Assembly: GCA_021778335.1 (NCBI GenBank)
Contig: JAJYCN010000001.1
Location: forward strand, 891 to 64,890
Reading direction: 5' to 3'
Origin: Acidobacteriota bacterium
Lineage (GTDB): Bacteria; Acidobacteriota; Terriglobia; Bryobacterales; Bryobacteraceae
Length of the DNA stretch: 64,000 nt
A program made the translations under genes and the position numbers. The notes beneath the pieces are model-generated. The model was not told where the DNA came from. It did not search any database and saw only the letters and a list, made by a program, of their open reading frames with translations. This document shows positions 46,768 through 55,542 of the stretch, piece after piece; the first letter of the stretch is position 1; each line of letters begins with the position of its first letter.

Positions 46768-49266
46768 CTACTGCTCGGCCTGCAGAGTCCTCTTCAGGTC
46801 GTGAAATTCTTGTTTCAGCTCGTCCGTGGCGTCCACGATCTGATTTGTATCATAGATTACTCTCGGCTCTAAGAAAATTACTAGTTCCGTGCGCTGCTTC
46901 GTGTAAGAACGGCTGCCGAAGATGGTTCCGAGGTAGGGGATGTGACTCAGGAGAGGGATGCCGCTGTCGGAGTAAGTCGTGCTCTCGTCGATGATTCCTC
47001 CAATGGCAATTGTGTCGCCATCCTGGACGGTCACCTGAGTCTGTACGGTGCGGTTGTCAAAGGAGGGTGATTGAATCGATCCAGCAGCCGGCGGGATCGG
47101 ACTACTAACCTGCTGGTTAATGATCAGTGTAACTATGCCGCTCGAGTTCACCCGGGCCAGAATGCTCAGGGTCACACCGGTGCTGACGTTGCTGACCGAA
47201 TTGGCAAACAACGAGTTGCCCCCGCTTTGCACGCCAGTGACCGCCTGCGCCGTCAGCGTCGGCACCGATTCACCCACGTTGATGGATGCGGGGATGCTGT
47301 CGGTGGCGATGATGGAAGGTGCGGAGATGACCTTTGCCTTCTGGTGCTGCTCCTGGAGGTTGACGGCCCCGAGAAGCTCGCGGGACATTCCCACGAGGGT
47401 TCCCGCCGTGAGGGTGGTGCTGTTGCCGACCAGGCTGCCCAACAACTGGTGGGGAATGCTGGCGGTGGAGGCGTTGGTCACCGTCGTGGCGCCGACGGTG
47501 GCGCCGGTCACGGTGCTGGCGCTGAAGGGGTTCGTGGCGGTGGAAATCGAAGAGCCGCCTGTTCCGCCCACAACCGAAGTCCCCGTGGCCGATTGGGATG
47601 CCCCGGCGCCCAATTGCTGCAGATATGCGCTTACGCCGCTGGCGAACTGGCCGCTCAAGTCAACCTCGTAGATGCGGGCTTCGATCAGCACCTGCCGTGG
47701 TGGAACATCCAGATCGCGCAAGAGTTTCGTTACGCCCACGTAGTCCTGCGGCGTGGCCTGTATCATGAGCGTGTTGTTGAACGGATTTGCGATCACGCGT
47801 GGACCGTAGTAGGGCACGCCCTGACCGGGGGATCCGAGATACTGGCCGGTTTTGTCCGTCGCGGCTCCGGTTGAAGCGCCCGAGGCCGAGGTTAGCCCAG
47901 GAGCAGCCCCGTATCCGCCGCCATTGCCATACATGGCGGGCGCTCCATAAGCTCCCGCCCCATAGCCTGGCATCCCGTAGCCGCCCATGCCGTAGCCGCC
48001 GGCGCCCATGCCGTAGCCGCCCATTCCATAGCCGCCCATACCCATGCCGCCCACGCCCATGCCCAAGCCCATGCCGCCCATGCCCATGCCGCCCATGCCG
48101 CCCATGCCCATGCCGCCCATGCCCATGCCCATGCCGCCCATGCCCATGCCGCCCCCCGCGCCGAACGTAGTGCTCCCGAAGCCCGACATCATTCCCAAGC
48201 CCATGCTCGATGAGCCGCAAGCGTTCATCATCTGCATGCCGCTGTAAAGCGACATGATGGCCTGCGACAGGCACCCCGCGTCGCCGTATTTGACGCGGTA
48301 GACATAGTTTTCCAGGCCGCCCGCGCCCGATTTCGCGGGCACGTCCAGTTTTTCCACCCATCGGCTGACTTCGGAGAACGCTCCCGGATTCGGAGCGACG
48401 GCGATGATCGTGTTCAGCCGGTCAATCGGAAGAAAGCGGATGGGTGAGTTTTTCCCATTCAGCGCGATCGACTTGAAGATGTCCTCGAGTTCCTTGGCGA
48501 TGTCCTTCGGGCGGCCGTTGGTCACCTCGTAGGTGTGCACGCGCTGGTTGGCGAGCGCATCGTTGTCAAACAGGGCTACCAGTTCCATGGTGCGGCGCAT
48601 CATCCGGCGGCTGTCGAGCAGTAGAAGCAGGTTCGCCGGCGCGTAGGAAATGATCTGCCCGTTGTTGCCGATGAAATTCTTCAAAACGCCGCTCAGTTCT
48701 TCCGCCGTGGTGTATTTCAGAAAGACCAGATTGAGCATCTCCTGGTCGTCGGATTCGATGTCCTTGCCCAAACGCTGTTCGGGTTCGAGCGCCACCCGAT
48801 TGATGTCGGCGAGCGGAACGATCCGGTAAATATCGCCTTCCTTCACCATCGCGGCGCCGTTGATGCGGAGGATCATGTCGAGCAGCGCGCGGGTGTCGAT
48901 GTTCTTGGTCTCGCCGTAGGTGTTCAGGATCACGCCGCCTTTGATGCGCGAGTCGAGCACGTAATTGATCTTTAGCTGGCGGGCGAGCATGTCGACGACC
49001 TCGGTAAGCGAGGCATTCTGCAGGTTCAGGCCGCCGTAAACGATCCTGGATGTCGCCGCCGCGCCCGCGAGCTGAACGCCGGGCGCGGTCTGCACACCGG
49101 AATTGGCTGCCCCAGGAGCGCTCTGACCCTGCTGACGCGCGCGCTGAGCCGCTTCGGCAGCTTTTTGCGAGGCCTCCGCTGCAGCCGCCGCCGCGCTTTG
49201 CGCGAAGACGTGAGGCACGAGGCCAATGCCCAACAGGATGGCGGCAACCCGCGCCCAGATTCTCAT
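46768..49266 (-). CDS. gspD: Type II secretion system secretin GspD
   Basis: Signal peptide and N0/N1 domains (LTEVVDMLARQLKINYVLD), plus a C-terminal secretin domain (GIPLLSHIPYLGTIFGSRSYTKQRTELVIFLEPRVI). It contains a low-complexity G/M/Y insert. Confidence 0.88.
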   Translation of the reverse strand: MRIWARVAAILLGIGLVPHVFAQSAAAAAAEASQKAAEAAQRARQQGQSAPGAANSGVQTAPGVQLAGAAATSRIVYGGLNLQNASLTEVVDMLARQLKINYVLDSRIKGGVILNTYGETKNIDTRALLDMILRINGAAMVKEGDIYRIVPLADINRVALEPEQRLGKDIESDDQEMLNLVFLKYTTAEELSGVLKNFIGNNGQIISYAPANLLLLLDSRRMMRRTMELVALFDNDALANQRVHTYEVTNGRPKDIAKELEDIFKSIALNGKNSPIRFLPIDRLNTIIAVAPNPGAFSEVSRWVEKLDVPAKSGAGGLENYVYRVKYGDAGCLSQAIMSLYSGMQMMNACGSSSMGLGMMSGFGSTTFGAGGGMGMGGMGMGMGGMGMGGMGGMGMGGMGLGMGVGGMGMGGYGMGGYGMGAGGYGMGGYGMPGYGAGAYGAPAMYGNGGGYGAAPGLTSASGASTGAATDKTGQYLGSPGQGVPYYGPRVIANPFNNTLMIQATPQDYVGVTKLLRDLDVPPRQVLIEARIYEVDLSGQFASGVSAYLQQLGAGASQSATGTSVVGGTGGSSISTATNPFSASTVTGATVGATTVTNASTASIPHQLLGSLVGNSTTLTAGTLVGMSRELLGAVNLQEQHQKAKVISAPSIIATDSIPASINVGESVPTLTAQAVTGVQSGGNSLFANSVSNVSTGVTLSILARVNSSGIVTLIINQQVSSPIPPAAGSIQSPSFDNRTVQTQVTVQDGDTIAIGGIIDESTTYSDSGIPLLSHIPYLGTIFGSRSYTKQRTELVIFLEPRVIYDTNQIVDATDELKQEFHDLKRTLQAEQ
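47932..48162 (-). repeat. In-frame tandem repeats encoding (G-M-G-M-G-G / G-Y-G-M-G) low-complexity tract inside gspD
   Basis: Iterated CATGCCCATGCCGCC / CATGCCGTAGCCGCC units on the plus strand. They translate as GGGMGMGGMGMGMGGMGMGGMGGMGMGGMGLGMGVGGMGMGGYGMGGYGMGAGGYGMGGYGMPGYGAGAYG. Confidence 0.85.
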
Positions 49267-49677
49267 TTACTTACCCTGCGCCGGTACCGGAGCCGGCGCC
49301 GGGTTCACCAGCGCTCTCTCGTCCGCGTTGAGCTCGGCTGTCTTTTTCTTCTCCCAGATCTGCGGCCCAAAGGGCGTCTGGCGTTCAAACCGCCAGGCGC
49401 TGCCGAGATCCGTTACCGTGGTGTCCGGCTTTTGCGGCGCCGGGGTTGGACGGTTCGCATCCTCGGTGCGATAGCGGCTGATCCCGAACGGGGTTTCCCG
49501 GAAGGTCCATTCCGTGCCCTGCGCATCGCGCCAAGTCCAGGTGTTGGCATCCACCTTCGTCGCGCCCGATGGCACCTGCGCGGCGGCAGGCGGGGCAGCC
49601 TTCGCCGCCGGTCCGCCCGTTTGGGCCGCCAAGGCCAGCGACGCCGCAAAAGTCCACAACAAAGCCACTGCTCGCAT
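49267..49677 (-). CDS. Small secreted protein of unknown function immediately upstream of gspD
   Basis: Signal peptide MRAVALLWTFAASLALAAQ and an internal duplication (WTFRETPFGISRY / WRFERQTPFGPQIW). Its stop codon abuts the gspD ATG. Confidence 0.6.
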   Translation of the reverse strand: MRAVALLWTFAASLALAAQTGGPAAKAAPPAAAQVPSGATKVDANTWTWRDAQGTEWTFRETPFGISRYRTEDANRPTPAPQKPDTTVTDLGSAWRFERQTPFGPQIWEKKKTAELNADERALVNPAPAPVPAQGK

Positions 49678-49721
49678 CTCGAGTTCTCCTTATCGCGCGC
49701 CGGATTCGCCCGCCGCCCGCT

Positions 49722-50474
49722 TTACTTTGCCACTTGCCAGTAGCAGCTCTTTCCGCCCGGCGCGAACGGGTTGCTGCTGATCACCTTCCGCTTGCCGTCC
49801 TGCACCGTGCCCTCCGGGGATGAATCCCCTTCCTGGCACGCGTAGTAGCCCGCGCCGATGTCGCGCCCCGGCCCGTTGGCATCGCCCGGCGACGCGTTCT
49901 TTACCTCCGGCTGCGCCGACGCCGCGTTCGTCACCACCGGCCCGGAAGCCATGGGCGCGCTTCGGGCGTCCTGCACCGGCGCCGAAGTGTCCACCAGTTC
50001 CGCCAGCGTCTTGTCGAACTGCTTGCCGTCCCACTCAAACACCACGTCGGTGTTATTGATCGAAACGATCTTGAACTCCCCGATCGAGTCCCCGGCCTGG
50101 TAGCTTCCCTGCTCCTTGTTGTTCGGCAGACTCAGAATCACGGTCGGTGGCACGCTTCCAAAGATCATGACGCCGTGAGCCACCGGAAAAGGCGGAAGCG
50201 GCTTCTCAACAATTTTCGGGGGCGGCAAAATGACGGTCGGATTCCGGTCCGGGGAGAAGAGCATCTTCTGCGCTACGTCGGAGTACTGCGCCGGGCTCAC
50301 GGGCGCCACTGGGGGCAGCGGCGCGAGCTTCGGCGCGGGCACGGGCTTGGGACGCGATGTCTCGAGCGTTCGCTCCCGCTGCCGGCCGTCGGCAATTTCC
50401 TGGCGCACCTTCACGCCAAGCAGCACGGCGGCCGCCGCAAGAGCCGCGTTGAACAGCAGCAGCTTCCGCCTCAC
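49722..50474 (-). CDS. GspC/PilP-like inner-membrane secretin-interacting component
   Basis: N-terminal TM helix, a Pro-rich linker, and a small beta domain (GDSIGEFKIVSINNTDVVFEWDGKQF). The assignment rests on architecture and position. Confidence 0.55.
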   Translation of the reverse strand: MRRKLLLFNAALAAAAVLLGVKVRQEIADGRQRERTLETSRPKPVPAPKLAPLPPVAPVSPAQYSDVAQKMLFSPDRNPTVILPPPKIVEKPLPPFPVAHGVMIFGSVPPTVILSLPNNKEQGSYQAGDSIGEFKIVSINNTDVVFEWDGKQFDKTLAELVDTSAPVQDARSAPMASGPVVTNAASAQPEVKNASPGDANGPGRDIGAGYYACQEGDSSPEGTVQDGKRKVISSNPFAPGGKSCYWQVAK

Positions 50475-51064
50475 AGCGACGGCCCCAGCTTTCTCGCGGG
50501 AACCAGCTTGCGCGGCACCACGCCCAACACCGCCAACCGCACGTTCATCGTCTTATCTTTGGGATTCGCGGCGCCGATGCGCAACTGGTCGGTGGCGACC
50601 AGTTCCGGCGCCGCGGTGATGTCGGCCAGCATGTTGACAAGCTGTTCAATCCGGCAGTTGAAAGTCACCGCGACCGGCACCAGACCGTAGGCGCCATACG
50701 GGGCGGGCTGGCCGAGTTCGGTTTGCTGAAAATCCACGGGTGGATTGGCGTTCTTGGCGACGCGCTTCAGAATTTCGAGCACCTGCGCCTGCGCCTGGGG
50801 CGCGGTGTCGGCCTGAATCAAGCCCTTCTCCCGGCGCGCGAGGTCGGCATTGGCCTCCTCCAGAATCTTCGCCTTAGCAGACGCCTCAGAGGCCAGCTTA
50901 CGAAGTTGCGCCAGCCGCTGCTGCGACACTTCCACCGGCACCGCCGCCGACACGACTGCCTTCGGCGCCTTGGGCGGCGCCGTTGCGATCCAGATGATTC
51001 CCGCAACAACAACGGCTACACCGAGCGCGATGAGCGCACGCTTGTCGCGATCGCCGATGGTCAC
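50471..51064 (-). CDS. GspM/PilO-like assembly-platform protein
   Basis: 197 aa with an N-terminal TM helix, a coiled-coil and a ferredoxin-like C-terminus. It has 4-nt overlaps on both sides. Confidence 0.6.
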   Translation of the reverse strand: MTIGDRDKRALIALGVAVVVAGIIWIATAPPKAPKAVVSAAVPVEVSQQRLAQLRKLASEASAKAKILEEANADLARREKGLIQADTAPQAQAQVLEILKRVAKNANPPVDFQQTELGQPAPYGAYGLVPVAVTFNCRIEQLVNMLADITAAPELVATDQLRIGAANPKDKTMNVRLAVLGVVPRKLVPARKLGPSL

Positions 51065-52392
51065 GGATTCACTCCCTTCCGGTAGGTCCGGATCCGGAAT
51101 GTCTCCATGTTCCCCACGCGCGCCAGCGGCATCGTGAACTCGGAGTTGTGAAATTTCGGCGAGGAATCGAGCAACTTCAACAGCGCCGCAGCTTGCATGG
51201 TATCGCCGCCGATTTGCACTTCACGATCGTTCATATCGATACCGCGCAGCCACGTTGGCGGCGCCAAAATGCGGGTCAGCTCGGCAAGGGTGTCCATGCT
51301 ATCTTTCGAGCGGACCCGGAACGCATCGAGGGCCCGCACCCGCGCCTCTGTCTCCGCGATCTTGCGGTCGAGATCCCGCGAATGGTTCGCCTGCAGCGTG
51401 GCCTGCCGGATCTCGCCGGCCAATTCCTCGTCATAGCGGTGCTTTTCCATCGCCGCCGAAATGCCCAGCGCCCCGGCCAACACAAGCACGAGCGCCGCCA
51501 GAGCCGCGGTCGGAATGAACAGCGCGCGCGAATCCGTCTGCCGGAGCGCCCGCGGCAAGAGGTTTAGCGGCGGGGCCAGCTTGGGGCACGCGCTTTCGAG
51601 CGCCGCCGCCTGGGCCGCGGCGCCGGCCTGAATGTTGAAATCGTCGGGGGCGGCCAGCGGCGTGGGCAATAGGCCGGCGAAGTCCACGGCTTCCGTCGCC
51701 GGCTCGAGCCGCAACTCGGACACTGCCAGCGCACGGGCCTGCTCGGGGTTGCCCTCCACGACCGCCGACCACACTCCCCGCGCCGGACTCTCGCCGTAGA
51801 TCTCCACCGCGTCCCCAGCCTGACGCAGCGCCACGGCTCCCTCCGCTTTGGGCAGCGCCAGTAGCCGCGACGCGCCATACATGGCCGAGGCCGCGAAGGT
51901 GAACGCGGCCACGCGCACGCCCGCCTCGGCAAATAGTGTGGTGTAAGTGTCCAGCACGTCGCGCCGCACGATCGCCACCAGTGCAGCCGCATGGCCGGCC
52001 ACCGGAGCCCAACTCCAATACACGTCGTCTTCCGGGTAAGGATGCAGCGAGTCGATGTGCAGGGCCAGCGCCGCCTCCATGTCCTTGTGCGCGACGCCCG
52101 GCAGCGGCACTTGCCGCACGGTCACTTCCTCCCGCCGCAGAAGCGCCACCGCCGACAGATGCCCCAACCCCAGTTTGCCGAGAAACGAACTGTAGACGGA
52201 TCCCCACTCCGCGGCCGGCCCTTTGCGGAAACCGCGAATGGAGAGCACGCCGGGGATCCGTACGCCCTGGGGACGGACGCGCGCGGCAACCACGGTGAGG
52301 TCCGCCTCGCCGATCTCGATGCCCACGCCCGAGCCCCAGGCGAGCCACTTCTTCCATTGGGCGATCGCCTGGCCGACTCCTGCCGCGCTCAC
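51061..52392 (-). CDS. GspL-like protein (PilM-like cytoplasmic domain fused to a PilN-like TM/periplasmic domain)
   Basis: Start reassigned to GTG 52392, a GTGA overlap with the gspK stop. The PilN signature PLNLLPRALR precedes the TM helix. The upstream 332 codons of ORF 51061..53388 overlap gspK and were rejected. Confidence 0.7.
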   Translation of the reverse strand: MSAAGVGQAIAQWKKWLAWGSGVGIEIGEADLTVVAARVRPQGVRIPGVLSIRGFRKGPAAEWGSVYSSFLGKLGLGHLSAVALLRREEVTVRQVPLPGVAHKDMEAALALHIDSLHPYPEDDVYWSWAPVAGHAAALVAIVRRDVLDTYTTLFAEAGVRVAAFTFAASAMYGASRLLALPKAEGAVALRQAGDAVEIYGESPARGVWSAVVEGNPEQARALAVSELRLEPATEAVDFAGLLPTPLAAPDDFNIQAGAAAQAAALESACPKLAPPLNLLPRALRQTDSRALFIPTAALAALVLVLAGALGISAAMEKHRYDEELAGEIRQATLQANHSRDLDRKIAETEARVRALDAFRVRSKDSMDTLAELTRILAPPTWLRGIDMNDREVQIGGDTMQAAALLKLLDSSPKFHNSEFTMPLARVGNMETFRIRTYRKGVNP

Positions 52393-53441
52393 TGGGCCGT
52401 CTCCTGGCTCCGTTCGCCTTGGACCGGTGCGGGAGCCGGCGCGAAACTGCGAAGCGGAGGTGTGCCGTCGTACCAGCGCATGAACTCGTAGGGAGGATCG
52501 TAGCCCTGCGGCATCATTTTTACCAGCGCGGAGACCGTGCGGCGAAGGTCCGACAGCCGACCGTCGGGCAAGCGGAACTGAGCCGTGGCGCGAATGGTCC
52601 ACATGGTCATGCCGCCGAGGCCCAACCGCCCGAAGCCGGGCGCCCCCTGCGCGAAGACCGCGGCATCGCCGACCTGGGTGAACGGCATCGCGTTCCGGCG
52701 CGCCACCAGAGCCTGAATCGCTCCCGGAGGCAGCCCGAGCATCGCCAGCACCGCCGGCTGCACCGTGTTGATGTCGATGTTGCTCATCACCCCGTACGGC
52801 GACACGCAGTCCCGCAGCCCGCCATAGGGCTGTAGACCGCCGTCCTGGGTGGGCCGGTAGCCGCCGTAGAAAATATCGGGAGTCATTCCTGGCACGAGGA
52901 GCAGCTCCTCGTTCTCTTCGATAGACGCGTGCCGGGCCCGAAAAGACGAACCGTTGCCGAGAATCGCCGCATCCATGGGCGCATACCCGCCGCCCGGCGC
53001 CGGCGACCGCCAGTAGAGAATGCCGGCCGCGATCCCCATCGCCTGCTCTCCCGGCACACCCAGCGCCACGAGCAGATTCGTCAACTGGTCCGGCGGAATC
53101 TGATTGATATTCAACTTCGACGTCTCCGGAATGATCTCGACGTCGGCCACGCCCTCCGGATAGTCGAAGTGATGCCGCGGCATGGGAGCGGTGTAGAACA
53201 ACGGCTGTCCGTTGGGCCCGGTGACGCCGGCGAAGCCCCACTGCATCCACATCACCATCCGCTCGATCGAACCGGTGGCAAGATAGTAGGCGCGGAGCGA
53301 ATCGGCTTCCGTCGCCGCGCGCTCGGTTTCGGCGCGTACGGTGCTCGCCACGGTGAACGCGATCGCCGCAAGCGCCGCCGTCATCCACAGCACCACGAGC
53401 AGCGCCGAGCCGCTTTCATTTTTTGTCCGGTTACGGATCAT
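52389..53441 (-). CDS. gspK: Type II secretion minor pseudopilin GspK
   Basis: The N-terminus GSALLVVLWMTAALAAIAFTVASTVRAE, the size and the position are typical of GspK. Confidence 0.8.
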   Translation of the reverse strand: MIRNRTKNESGSALLVVLWMTAALAAIAFTVASTVRAETERAATEADSLRAYYLATGSIERMVMWMQWGFAGVTGPNGQPLFYTAPMPRHHFDYPEGVADVEIIPETSKLNINQIPPDQLTNLLVALGVPGEQAMGIAAGILYWRSPAPGGGYAPMDAAILGNGSSFRARHASIEENEELLLVPGMTPDIFYGGYRPTQDGGLQPYGGLRDCVSPYGVMSNIDINTVQPAVLAMLGLPPGAIQALVARRNAMPFTQVGDAAVFAQGAPGFGRLGLGGMTMWTIRATAQFRLPDGRLSDLRRTVSALVKMMPQGYDPPYEFMRWYDGTPPLRSFAPAPAPVQGERSQETAQ

Positions 53442-54162
53442 AAGGAAACAGAGGATCCCGCGTCACATGCACGGGCAATGTCAACGGAAGAAGTTGCACC
53501 GCCGAAGGGTCGGGATCGAGCGGCGCCATGTCGATGCGGATGGCGTCCGGAAGTTTCAACTCGGCCCAAACCGGCACCCACCGCGCCGGCTTGCCGGGCT
53601 GCGCCGGCACGCGATAGGAAAACTGGCAGGCGGCCAACTTGTCGGCCAGCACGAACGAACCGGGTCCGACTTCGATCGGCCGGTAGGCCGGCATCTGCTG
53701 GCCCTCCACATTCGGTTGGAAGCCCGTGCACAACACGCCCGCGGCGTATGGCCCGCCGTAAATCCGCTCGTTTAACACCAGCCGGACGCCGACCCCGTCC
53801 TCGATCGGCGCCACCTGATACTCGAGAATCCGGGGCACCCCGCGCCCGCCATCTTGCAGCGAAAACGTCGATACGAAGCGCATGGACTGCGGCTGGCCCT
53901 CGAAAAACGTCACTTTCTGCGCCCCAGGCGCGTCGGGACTATTCCCCAGGCACGGCGCCGACACCGGAACCAGTCCCGCCACTTCCTCTTCCATCACGCG
54001 TTCCGTGCCGGTAACGCGGCGGTTGTGCATCAGCCGGTCCTGCGATTTCTGCATCGCCTTGAACCCGGTGTCCATCGCCATCACCAGTCCGAGCGAGATC
54101 AAGGCCACCAGCGTCACCGCGATGACCACTTCGATCAGCGTGAATCCGCTTTCCCGCTTCAT
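53431..54162 (-). CDS. gspJ: Minor pseudopilin, GspJ-like
   Basis: Start at ATG 54162 (ATGA overlap). The prepilin motif is GFTLIEVVIAVTLVAL. Confidence 0.7.
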   Translation of the reverse strand: MKRESGFTLIEVVIAVTLVALISLGLVMAMDTGFKAMQKSQDRLMHNRRVTGTERVMEEEVAGLVPVSAPCLGNSPDAPGAQKVTFFEGQPQSMRFVSTFSLQDGGRGVPRILEYQVAPIEDGVGVRLVLNERIYGGPYAAGVLCTGFQPNVEGQQMPAYRPIEVGPGSFVLADKLAACQFSYRVPAQPGKPARWVPVWAELKLPDAIRIDMAPLDPDPSAVQLLPLTLPVHVTRDPLFPYDP

Positions 54163-54590
54163 AGCTGGCCTGGGAACCCGGGCCGAGCGATCCGGTAGCC
54201 CGACAGCTTGTAGCTGCGCCGGTTCGGCCCGTCCATCCACGACACTTCCACTTCCAGCCGCTCGATCACGCGCGTTCCCGGCGGCAGGTTCCCCGGCGGG
54301 GCTTCGAAGACGGTGGCCATCGCGCGCCAGTTCACGGGGATGCCGCCGGTCACCGACGGATCCCACGCCCCGTCGATTTCCGAGTTCACGGGCAATCCCG
54401 GCGCGACCAGCAACTCGTCCATCTTCTGGCGCGCCAGCAGGGCCGCGCGGTCGGTCCCGGTGATTCGCGAGGCGTTGCGCAGCGAAGTGGTCAGCGCGCT
54501 CATCAGAGACACGGTGGCGATGCCCATGATCGCCGTAGCCACCAGCACTTCGAGCAGCGTGAAGCCGGCCGTGTGGCGGCGGTGGGTCAC
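54159..54590 (-). CDS. gspI: Minor pseudopilin, GspI-like
   Basis: GTG start overlapping the gspH stop. The prepilin motif is GFTLLEVLVATAIMGI. Confidence 0.7.
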   Translation of the reverse strand: MTHRRHTAGFTLLEVLVATAIMGIATVSLMSALTTSLRNASRITGTDRAALLARQKMDELLVAPGLPVNSEIDGAWDPSVTGGIPVNWRAMATVFEAPPGNLPPGTRVIERLEVEVSWMDGPNRRSYKLSGYRIARPGFPGQL

Positions 54591-55096
54591 TGCGAGTCCT
54601 CCGCCGTCTGCGCCTTTGGATTCGAGATCGCCGGCACGCCGGTGATCGGATCCACCTGTACTTGCCGTTCGTCGCCGCGGCGGTTCTTCAGCAGGAAGCC
54701 GATCGCCGGCGTTGCGCCGCCCGGATAGAGAATGAAGTCGCGCGGCGGATTCGGCACGCTTCCGTCAGGCTCGATGGGCGCCGGGAGGACGACCGCGATC
54801 GTCACGCCGCCGGAGAGCGTTAACTGCCGGTCAAATGCACCGCTCAGCGAGCGCGCGCGGACCTTGTTTTCGGCCGGCGCCACCAGGAACTCCACCACTT
54901 CTTCCCGGCGCTCGGCGCGGTTCATGCCGGCATTGAGCAGCGAACTGATCCCGCGCGCGGCCGAGTTCAGACGCATCGATTCCAGCCCCGCGCTCACGGC
55001 CGGAAAACTGATCCCCGCCATCAGCGCGATCAACAGCGTCACGATCATCATTTCGATGAGCGTGATGCCGCGCTCGCTGTGCCGGGCTTCAGTCAT
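54587..55096 (-). CDS. gspH: Minor pseudopilin, GspH-like
   Basis: Prepilin motif GITLIEMMIVTLLIAL. The assignment is by size and position. Confidence 0.7.
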   Translation of the reverse strand: MTEARHSERGITLIEMMIVTLLIALMAGISFPAVSAGLESMRLNSAARGISSLLNAGMNRAERREEVVEFLVAPAENKVRARSLSGAFDRQLTLSGGVTIAVVLPAPIEPDGSVPNPPRDFILYPGGATPAIGFLLKNRRGDERQVQVDPITGVPAISNPKAQTAEDSQ

Positions 55097-55526
55097 TCTT
55101 CCAGTTCACGATGTCGGCGTTGTTACCGTCCCCGCCGGGCTGCCGGTCTCCGCCGTAGCTGATCACATCCGGCTCGTCGCCGTGATCGCCAGGGTACTTG
55201 TAGACGTAGGGGGTGCCCCACGGATCGTTCGGGATGTCCTGCGGCAGATACGGCCCGTCCCAGTTCACGGCGCCTTCCGGCTTCACGCGGAGCGCTTGTA
55301 GGCCTTGCTCCGTGGTCGGATACGCGCCGGTGTCCAGCTTATAGGCGCCCAGCGCCGTCATGAACGAATTAATCTGTGCGTGCGCCGACACCCGCCGCGC
55401 CTTGTCCGCCTGACCCATCATCCGCGGCACGACCAGCGCCGCGAACAGCGCGATGATCGTTACTACCACGAGCATCTCGATCAGCGTGACGCCCGCTTCT
55501 GGGCGTCTATTCCTTGCTGGTTTCAT
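55089..55526 (-). CDS. gspG: Major pseudopilin GspG
   Basis: Start at ATG 55526 after GGGAGG. Motifs GVTLIEMLVVVTIIAL...DPWGTPYVYKYPGDHGDEPDVISYGGDRQPGG. Confidence 0.92.
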   Translation of the reverse strand: MKPARNRRPEAGVTLIEMLVVVTIIALFAALVVPRMMGQADKARRVSAHAQINSFMTALGAYKLDTGAYPTTEQGLQALRVKPEGAVNWDGPYLPQDIPNDPWGTPYVYKYPGDHGDEPDVISYGGDRQPGGDGNNADIVNWKND

Positions 55527-55542
55527 GAATCTGCCTCCCGGG

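Noticed and set aside
47932-48162. Possible CRISPR-like or other non-coding repeat array
   Set aside because: The units are about 15 nt, contiguous with no spacers, and lie in frame inside gspD. No cas genes are present in the window.
47660-48361. Alternative-frame ORFs across the gspD repeat (HGHGRHGHGR and PCPCRPC repeats)
   Set aside because: They are by-products of reading the (CATGCC/GCCGCC)n tandem repeat in other frames. The Gly/Met frame is continuous with bona fide secretin domains on both sides.
52393-53388. N-terminal 332 codons of ORF 51061..53388
   Set aside because: This stretch overlaps gspK in another frame and is Arg/Gly/His-rich nonsense. A GTG at 52392 that overlaps the gspK stop gives a sensible PilM/PilN-like protein.
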